Part shown: positions 1-6,140 of the stretch, piece by piece
How positions within the stretch are numbered: the first letter of the stretch is position 1
Layout of the letters: the number at the start of each line of letters is the position of its first letter
Position numbers and translations under genes: made by a program
Notes under the pieces: model-generated
Seen by the model: the letters and a program-made list of their open reading frames with translations, nothing else
What the model was told of the DNA's origin: nothing
Databases searched by the model: none
IMG/VR virus record: IMGVR_UViG_3300004241_000039
Location: 1-29,748 of that record
Direction: 5' to 3' (one strand)
Origin: a virus
Taxonomy: Duplodnaviria; Caudoviricetes
Length of the DNA stretch: 29,748 nucleotides

Positions 1-118
1 AGTGTATATCCTACGCTTGTTTGAATTTCCTCAACTATTCCGTAGAACGATTGAAAATTTCCGTCTCCGTTTAATTTTACGGGAAACGGCGTTACTGTCA
101 TGTACAGATGATCTCTCA

Positions 119-343
119 TTAGTTTTGATTTTTAGTCTTGTTTGTAGATTTCACAAGACGTTCGCAAAGCCTTGTAATTACTTTTTCAATTATCTCTAAT
201 CGGTGTGAAAGAATCGGAAATTCTTCAATGTTGCATGATGATTTGAATTGTTCGATAAGATCGATTCTGTTTTTCCGCATTTCTATGTATAAATGAATTG
301 CGTCTAAGATGTCGATTTGTTCTTCGTTGAATTGGTTTGTCAT
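119..343 (-). CDS. Hypothetical protein (74 aa)
   Basis: ATG ORF with an A-rich leader, on the same strand as its neighbours. Confidence 0.6.
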   Translation of the reverse strand: MTNQFNEEQIDILDAIHLYIEMRKNRIDLIEQFKSSCNIEEFPILSHRLEIIEKVITRLCERLVKSTNKTKNQN

Positions 344-548
344 GACTGTTTATTTTAATATGTTTAAAACGATTGATTCCAAGGAGCATAAAGTAAGAAT
401 GCAAAGCAAAATGAATAAAATTAGTGCTGTTTCTTTTCTGTATTGTATATTGTTTTTCATAATTATAAGTTTTTAATTGTTTGTTTTTGCCACCAAATCC
501 CAGATAATCGAAACTATCGGGGCTAATTCCGCTTAGAACTTGCGGAAA

Positions 549-899
549 TTAAGCGACTTTTATATATTTTCCAAATGCACCATTAACCCTATGTGTAAAT
601 CCTTCATTGCAAGATATAAATTCAAATCTTTCAGTAAATAAATATAATTCAACAGCATTTGCAACTTTTTCAATATTTATTGAATATGCTTTTTCGTGTC
701 TTTCATTAAAAACGCGTGTTGTATTTTTAACTGAATGATCGGAAATTCTAATAATGTATTTATCAGTTTCGTTTTTGTAAAATGTAAAGTAGCAAGAAGT
801 ACCAAAATCAGTTGAAGAAACAGAAAAATGATTTTCAATTCCTCTATTTGTAAGCTCTTGACTTAATTGTTCTGATTTGATTTCTTCTGTTGTTTTCAT
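549..899 (-). CDS. Hypothetical phage protein (116 aa, contains IRISDH motif)
   Basis: ATG ORF directly downstream of a Bacteroidota-type promoter. Confidence 0.7.
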   Translation of the reverse strand: MKTTEEIKSEQLSQELTNRGIENHFSVSSTDFGTSCYFTFYKNETDKYIIRISDHSVKNTTRVFNERHEKAYSINIEKVANAVELYLFTERFEFISCNEGFTHRVNGAFGKYIKVA

Positions 900-962
900 T
901 TTGCAAGTTTTTAATTTTTTGCCTCCGTTGTGGGCGGTGTGCTGTACCCTTTAAATCATACA

Positions 963-993
963 CAAATATATATTTATTTATTATTCCGTGCAA
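963..993 (-). promoter_or_regulatory. Bacteroidota sigma-A-type promoter for 549..899
   Basis: Minus strand TTG (993-991), 20 nt spacer, TATATTTG (970-963), matching the -33/-7 TAnnTTTG consensus. Confidence 0.7.
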
Positions 994-1017
994 GTATTTT
1001 GATATTTTTTTTCAAAT

Positions 1018-1041
1018 AAAAAAGCCTGAAAAAATCAGGCT
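1018..1041 (-). terminator. Intrinsic terminator closing the tmRNA-like gene
   Basis: AGCCTGA/TCAGGCT stem followed by a T-run on the minus strand. Confidence 0.8.
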
Positions 1042-1230
1042 AATTTTAAGCAGCTACATCTTATGCGGCTACTTTAATTTCTAAATTGTCATTTAAATAT
1101 TGATTCTCAATTGTCTGTCAATATCCAGTCATCCCCGAAAGACCGTACTAACGCGACGGGTTAGCGAATAATTGACTTATTGTGGAGATGGCGGGAATCG
1201 AACCCGCGTCCAAACAACTTCAACAAATCA
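1042..1230 (-). ncRNA. ssrA: Circularly permuted (two-piece) minimal tmRNA-like gene
   Basis: Minus strand order: acceptor piece ...GGAC GCGGG TTCGATT CCCGC CATCTCC A (1211-1183), a 46-nt intervening segment, then 5' half GGGGATG ACTGGATATTGAC (1136-1117). Acceptor stem GGGGATG/CATCTCC has G3-U70. P2-like pairing CAGACAATT/AGTTGTTTG and GAATCA/TGATTT. Tag frame GAC AAT TTA GAA ATT AAA GTA GCC GCA TAA (1090-1061). Confidence 0.8.
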
Positions 1231-1233
1231 TTA

Positions 1234-1263
1234 CAAATATAAATAAAAAACCCGACCAAACAA
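1234..1263 (-). promoter_or_regulatory. Promoter for the tmRNA-like gene
   Basis: TTG (1263-1261), 19 nt spacer, TATATTTG (1241-1234) immediately before the RNA's first paired segment. Confidence 0.7.
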
Positions 1264-1273
1264 TGATCGGGTT
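1245..1273 (-). terminator. Intrinsic terminator of the late/lysis transcript
   Basis: AACCCGA/TCGGGTT stem followed by TTTTTT on the minus strand, downstream of the holin-like gene. Confidence 0.7.
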
Positions 1274-1318
1274 AAAAACTAAACTTAAACTCAAATTATT
1301 AAAAAAACAATTACTCCT

Positions 1319-1576
1319 TTATTTTGGTAGTGTGGACTTTTTCTTTAGCCAGTTCATAAAAAACTGAAAAATAGAATTTGACTTTAACTTCGTACTCGCT
1401 AAGGCCTCCGAAATGATAAACAGAACCGAGGCAATCCAACCCCAATTTAATTGAAGGAAGTTCCAAACAGCTTTAATACCTGTTTCCTGAATGGCTGCAT
1501 CACCATCGGCTGCAAATACCATGACACAAACAAGCATCATAGTGATAAACATTGTAATTTTTTTGATTGTTTTCAT
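1319..1576 (-). CDS. Holin-like membrane protein (85 aa)
   Basis: Adjacent to the endolysin. Two hydrophobic segments, an ISEALA..KSNSIFQ segment and a basic C-terminus. Confidence 0.6.
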   Translation of the reverse strand: MKTIKKITMFITMMLVCVMVFAADGDAAIQETGIKAVWNFLQLNWGWIASVLFIISEALASTKLKSNSIFQFFMNWLKKKSTLPK

Positions 1577-1597
1577 ATTTTAATTTTTTTAGTGAAT

Positions 1598-2017
1598 TTA
1601 ATTATTGTTTAACAGTTTTGACAATCTTATAGCCCTGTCTCCAACCTGTTTGGCCCATTTTGAATTTAACATCTCTTTTGAAGCCTCGCTAAATTGGTTA
1701 TTTTCAATTAGTTTCAATGTTTTTTCAAATTTAATCAGCCTGTAAATTCCCAAATTGAAACACATATTTAACAAGACTAATTTAACGTTTTCGGGCTTAT
1801 TTTTCCACCATTCTAAATGTACATTTAAGTCATTTTCAACGCGATCAATATCATCGTTAGCTAATTCAATTATTTGATCGTCAGTTAATCCCAGATCATC
1901 CAAATTATGCCCTATTCCGATTGTTATTTTACCAACCGTATCAACATATGGTTTATTTTTTTTGCCTTCATCGATAATGAGTTGAGCAATTAATTTATCT
2001 TTTAATGTTTTTTCCAT
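1598..2017 (-). CDS. Endolysin, T4-type/GH24 lysozyme
   Basis: E-x8-D-x5-T catalytic pattern (EGKKNKPYVDTVGKITIGIGHNL), NMCFNLG, and SKWAKQVGDRA. ATG at 2017 (MEKTLK) preferred over the TTG at 2050. Confidence 0.92.
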   Translation of the reverse strand: MEKTLKDKLIAQLIIDEGKKNKPYVDTVGKITIGIGHNLDDLGLTDDQIIELANDDIDRVENDLNVHLEWWKNKPENVKLVLLNMCFNLGIYRLIKFEKTLKLIENNQFSEASKEMLNSKWAKQVGDRAIRLSKLLNNN

Positions 2018-2141
2018 TTTGTTTTTCAAATAATCGTTTAATCTGTTCAAATCTTACATTTACCGTAAGCCATGTAATTTTAATTCCAAAGATTACGGGT
2101 TTTTTCGACTCTAGTTTTTCATAGTTCGAAAACTCATTCAT
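1995..2141 (-). CDS. Small hypothetical protein (48 aa, MNEFSNYEKL...)
   Basis: Manually translated. ATGA-coupled to the upstream 28-aa ORF and overlaps the lysozyme start. Confidence 0.4.
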   Translation of the reverse strand: MNEFSNYEKLESKKPVIFGIKITWLTVNVRFEQIKRLFEKQNGKNIKR

Positions 2142-2224
2142 TTATGTGGTTTATTTGCGCCTTGCAAGAATGCCATCAAACAAGCAAACAATGTAAATCC
2201 TAGTGCAATAGCTAAACACAACAT
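2138..2224 (-). CDS. Small single-TM peptide (28 aa, MLCLAIALGFTLFACLMAFLQGANKPHK)
   Basis: Manually translated. Fills the gap in the lysis module and is hydrophobic. Confidence 0.35.
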   Translation of the reverse strand: MLCLAIALGFTLFACLMAFLQGANKPHK

Positions 2225-2228
2225 AATT

Positions 2229-2576
2229 TTATTTTTTTTGTTCTATAATTATTTCTAAAATTCTATCTGTTTTTCCGTTTAAGTCTCTGAGGTTTGTTTT
2301 AATATCTTCCTGATCGTCTTTAATTTCAGCTTTAATGTCTAAGCACTTTTTGTCTACGTACTCAATGTCGGCTTTTTTGATGGATATTTGTTGCACCTCT
2401 TTTCGAAGGTCTTTATCATCGTCTTTTTTTGATGCAAAACTTATTGTTGCGAGGGCTAAAATGATGGTTAGTACGGAATTAGATGTCCAACTCCACAACC
2501 TATCTTTCCATGTTTTAGTCATTTGTTTCTCTTTATTGTTATCCATATTCCTACGCCACAAGTCAACATTAAACAA
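2229..2576 (-). CDS. TM plus coiled-coil protein of the lysis module (true start probably a downstream Met)
   Basis: Hydrophobic VLTIILALATISFA segment followed by a charged heptad-like region. Confidence 0.6.
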   Translation of the reverse strand: MFNVDLWRRNMDNNKEKQMTKTWKDRLWSWTSNSVLTIILALATISFASKKDDDKDLRKEVQQISIKKADIEYVDKKCLDIKAEIKDDQEDIKTNLRDLNGKTDRILEIIIEQKK

Positions 2577-2851
2577 AGTAAGTAATTTTTATTTAGATAT
2601 TCAAGCGTTGAACTTGAAAATAAACCAATTATGTGAACTATAATTCTAACTATGTAAAAGCTCGCTAAGATTGACAACATCCATTTTTTTACAATCGTAA
2701 AGTCAGAAATAAACCAAAGCAACAACAAAACAAAACCAGATTCTAAAATGTAGAATATTGAACTCCACAAAGTTGAATCTGGGTTCCCGAATAAGTAATA
2801 AACGACCTGCCATAGACAAAAAACTAACAATATGCTGTTAATTTTTTTCAC
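2519..2851 (-). CDS. Multi-pass (about 4 TM) membrane protein
   Basis: Almost entirely hydrophobic 110-aa ORF next to the lysis genes. Confidence 0.65.
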   Translation of the reverse strand: MKKINSILLVFCLWQVVYYLFGNPDSTLWSSIFYILESGFVLLLLWFISDFTIVKKWMLSILASFYIVRIIVHIIGLFSSSTLEYLNKNYLLCLMLTCGVGIWITIKRNK

Positions 2852-2966
2852 GAGTTACGGCTTTTTTGGTGGTTTTGTGGGGGTGATAGCCCTTGTTTTT
2901 GTTTTTGCCATAATCAAAAAATTAATAAATACAATTAAATCAAAAAGTAAAAACTAAAGATAGTAA

Positions 2967-3212
2967 TTATTTTTTGAAAATCGAATAGTTAAATGTTGGG
3001 TCAAATAAACGTTGATCGGTTCCGCAATTGTAGTAACTGTTGAGGCTGTCCAGTCGCGCGTACTCATATACTTTGCGGCATTCTTTATTTGTCAAATTGT
3101 ATTCGGCTTTGATTCTAACTATCGGCACGAATCGCTGTGGAGTTGATTGTTTTACCGTTGAACATGAGCAAAGAATAAAAAGTGAGGCAATAATTAAAAG
3201 AGTTGTTTTCAT
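2967..3212 (-). CDS. Putative lipoprotein (81 aa)
   Basis: MKTTLLIIASLFILCSC signal peptide ending in a lipobox-like Cys. Confidence 0.65.
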   Translation of the reverse strand: MKTTLLIIASLFILCSCSTVKQSTPQRFVPIVRIKAEYNLTNKECRKVYEYARLDSLNSYYNCGTDQRLFDPTFNYSIFKK

Positions 3213-3257
3213 AATAAGTGAGTTTTTTTGTGATTTTTGAAAAGTGAGCTGTAAATA

Positions 3258-5702
3258 TTATTCTTCACCTCCGATGGTTACTGTTTCTGGTTGTGGTGCA
3301 AGCGTGTATTTCAGTTTTATTTCACAAGTTTCACCTACTGCGGGGAATGGGTTTGCTCCCAAATTTAAAGTCCAAATAGATTGATCGCCTCTATTTGTTA
3401 ATACATATTTTTCACTGTTAATTTGCATTATACAATCTCCTACAACAGAAAAATATACTCCTTCCGAATCAGTTGTAATTACGCCAAGTTCTCCTTCTCC
3501 ATAATTTATATCTTCCGTCAGGCTTTCATTTTTTATTTTTGGAATCAATGCTCCTTGTACGAATCCGTCATTATAGTGATATCCAACATAGTCCAGAAAT
3601 AATGAACCTACAGTCATAACCCCTTCATAAGTCCAGTCTTCCGTCGGTTTTTCCCATATCACATCCCCCCCCTGATAAATCTTGACAATATCGGTTGACC
3701 CGACTTTTACGGCACTCCAATTCTGAGCATTTGACCCCAAAAAAGTAAGTAACAAAATTAAAAGACCTAAAAGTCCGTAACCTTGATTTATAAAGTAGAT
3801 GGTGTTTGCATCTGGTGTAAGTGCGTCATATTCGGATTGGGTGCCTGACCAGAAATCTTTGGTTGCCATTGTGCCTGTTCTTGTGATTGTCTGGCCAGTA
3901 GAACCAACTTTCAAAGAATCTAAATTTCCACGAGGAAAATTTAAAACTCCAATCTTACTTATTCCTCCGTAGTAAATTATGTTGTGTTCGTCTTCAATTG
4001 TTAGCGCATTTGTTCCAATATTATTATAAGTGTCTATAACTACTCCAAGACCAGCGCCAAATACTCCAGCATAATTGAGTTGTGATTCACCCATAACACC
4101 ATAACCTTGAAGTCCTGTACCCCATACTCCAGCCGCTGAAGATGAAGTACCAGCGTATTCACCTCTTATAGATGATACATCTCCTGTGGCATATCCCCAA
4201 ATTGAATGTTTATACGCTGAATTGCCATATCCTTTTATAGCTGCCGATTCTTGAGAATTTCCACCAACCCCAATCCATCCATACTTAGAGTGCATTCCAT
4301 ATATATAATCATATCCATCCGTATGTTCCCATAAACTAGTGTCATTAGGTGTTGTTAAGGAACCACCATTATAATACCATACACCATTTATTTGCAAGCT
4401 ATCTAATTCGTTTGTGGAGTCAATATCACCATCTACTCCAGAAGTCCAATACCCTTCGTCATAATCGTAAATCAAAACATCTCTTTCGTTTGCTTGCATT
4501 TGTGGGTCTATGCCGTCGAGGTATGGAAAGTAAATGTTCACGGTGTCCCCGTCTCCTTTTAAATTATTACCTATAACGTTCGAAAAATAAAAAGTGTCTT
4601 TTTCATTTATCGGATCAAAATCAGCGTCATTGAAATCAAACAAAATAGTATCATTTTTCTTCCCCCATTTTTCAATATTTGCAAAATAAATACTATCAAT
4701 TGGAAGTAATTCCCAATAAATTGAATCCCCTGCACGTTTAGCAAATTTCGCGGTATCTTTCACATTAATAACTAAATGCTTAGTAAATAATGTATCATAA
4801 CCAACTCCAACCGCTTTTTTTGTGGCGTAATTTGGAGCCTTGATTGTTCCGTAGGTTCTCAATTCATTCATTGAGGTATCACCGACAACAATTTGATCGT
4901 TTGCAGTTGGTCGTGAATTATGACCAACTAAAACCACGTTGTCAAAGTTTTGAGCCCCGTATTTTGGATAATAATAAGCCGTGTCAATTATTTCAAATTC
5001 ACCTGTATTTGGATTTTGATATGATCCAAATTTGATAATTGTGTCGGTGCCTATTACCTCGCCTGCTCCATAACCGTAAGCCGTATAATTTTCCCCCAAA
5101 ATTGCATTTGGAAAGAAATTATACTTTCCGTTCTGCTTTGCCATCAGTGAAAAATCTGGGTTCTTTGGAAACATAGAGGCTGGCTGATCATCCCTCATGA
5201 AGCCGATTCTATCAACTCCATTGTTTTCAATCCTGTATATTCTTTCTGCATTTTCAGAAATAAAAAGGTTTGAAAGTCCGCTTTCCCTACATATTGTAGG
5301 ACTCCAAGTATTGTCTTTCGGGTGCTTGATCTGAATACACCAATCGCAATCTTCAATAGGGTAGCGAAAATATGCCATCGAATCATCTTCAACAATTGTA
5401 TCACCTTTTGCAAGCCATTCATTTGCAAATTCTAAGAACAATGAATCAGTTGCCTCCGTTTTTGAGGTATCGGAAAAGGCTTGCAATGTTCTTAAATTAA
5501 CCCCGTCCAGCGGGCTGTCTGGGTCTGCCATGTTATCATATCGGAATTGAATCACTGTATCAGCATCGGGATATATCAAATACATACCATTCGAGTGAAG
5601 CAATTGACGGACGTTTATTTTGTTGAAGTCGCCCACTCTTTGTTGTGAATAACATATCGTTGACACCAACAAAACGATTGCTATTAGAATTATTCTTTTC
5701 AT
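3258..5702 (-). CDS. Large tail-fibre/receptor-binding-like mosaic protein with N-terminal signal peptide
   Basis: Position after baseplate genes. G-x-x-G repeat tract (GVWGTGLQGYGVMGES), WSGTQSEYDAL...TIYFI motif, and MKRIILIAIVLLVSTICYS-Q leader. Confidence 0.65.
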   Translation of the reverse strand: MKRIILIAIVLLVSTICYSQQRVGDFNKINVRQLLHSNGMYLIYPDADTVIQFRYDNMADPDSPLDGVNLRTLQAFSDTSKTEATDSLFLEFANEWLAKGDTIVEDDSMAYFRYPIEDCDWCIQIKHPKDNTWSPTICRESGLSNLFISENAERIYRIENNGVDRIGFMRDDQPASMFPKNPDFSLMAKQNGKYNFFPNAILGENYTAYGYGAGEVIGTDTIIKFGSYQNPNTGEFEIIDTAYYYPKYGAQNFDNVVLVGHNSRPTANDQIVVGDTSMNELRTYGTIKAPNYATKKAVGVGYDTLFTKHLVINVKDTAKFAKRAGDSIYWELLPIDSIYFANIEKWGKKNDTILFDFNDADFDPINEKDTFYFSNVIGNNLKGDGDTVNIYFPYLDGIDPQMQANERDVLIYDYDEGYWTSGVDGDIDSTNELDSLQINGVWYYNGGSLTTPNDTSLWEHTDGYDYIYGMHSKYGWIGVGGNSQESAAIKGYGNSAYKHSIWGYATGDVSSIRGEYAGTSSSAAGVWGTGLQGYGVMGESQLNYAGVFGAGLGVVIDTYNNIGTNALTIEDEHNIIYYGGISKIGVLNFPRGNLDSLKVGSTGQTITRTGTMATKDFWSGTQSEYDALTPDANTIYFINQGYGLLGLLILLLTFLGSNAQNWSAVKVGSTDIVKIYQGGDVIWEKPTEDWTYEGVMTVGSLFLDYVGYHYNDGFVQGALIPKIKNESLTEDINYGEGELGVITTDSEGVYFSVVGDCIMQINSEKYVLTNRGDQSIWTLNLGANPFPAVGETCEIKLKYTLAPQPETVTIGGEE

Positions 5703-6139
5703 TTTATCTCAATTTTGTAATTTGGCATAGGTTTACCCATTATCCTGGTCTCTTTTTCGTTTTGAAACTTGTTCAGCTCAATAACCCCGAGGTTATAATC
5801 AATGGCTTTCATTATTTCCCTGTTTTCGTTTGGGATTGAAATAATCATCCTTGCTTCAGGAATCTTGAACGTATAGGCCGAAAGGTGTATGTAGTAGTCG
5901 CCGTTCTGATCTCGTGAAATCATGGTTTGCAAAGTATCTTTGTCCACCTCAACGGTTCCATAGGCCAGCATCATTGTTTGCACCACGCTTTGAACATTTG
6001 CATTGTAAACAGCCTCTTTCAGTGCTTCGATTTGAGCTTGTTTTAAACTATCGGCGGTTATTTGTTCTCCGTCAATTACTTGTGCTTGTGACCATATTGT
6101 TAACGTCAACAAAATGGTTATTACTGCTAATTTTTTCAT
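5699..6139 (-). CDS. Hypothetical exported protein (146 aa)
   Basis: MKKLAVITILLTLTIWSQA-Q signal peptide. Overlaps the start of the next gene by 4 nt. Confidence 0.7.
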   Translation of the reverse strand: MKKLAVITILLTLTIWSQAQVIDGEQITADSLKQAQIEALKEAVYNANVQSVVQTMMLAYGTVEVDKDTLQTMISRDQNGDYYIHLSAYTFKIPEARMIISIPNENREIMKAIDYNLGVIELNKFQNEKETRIMGKPMPNYKIEIK

Positions 6140-6140
6140 G

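Noticed and set aside
1183-1211. Canonical tRNA gene or simple attP copy of a tRNA/ssrA 3' end
   Set aside because: There is no anticodon arm or upstream 5' half. The matching 5' half, inter-piece helix and tag frame lie downstream between a promoter and terminator, which an att fragment alone would not explain. A secondary att role cannot be excluded.
1182-1367. Plus-strand ORF MEMAGIEPAS...
   Set aside because: This is the familiar antisense translation of a tRNA/tmRNA T-arm and acceptor end, not a protein.
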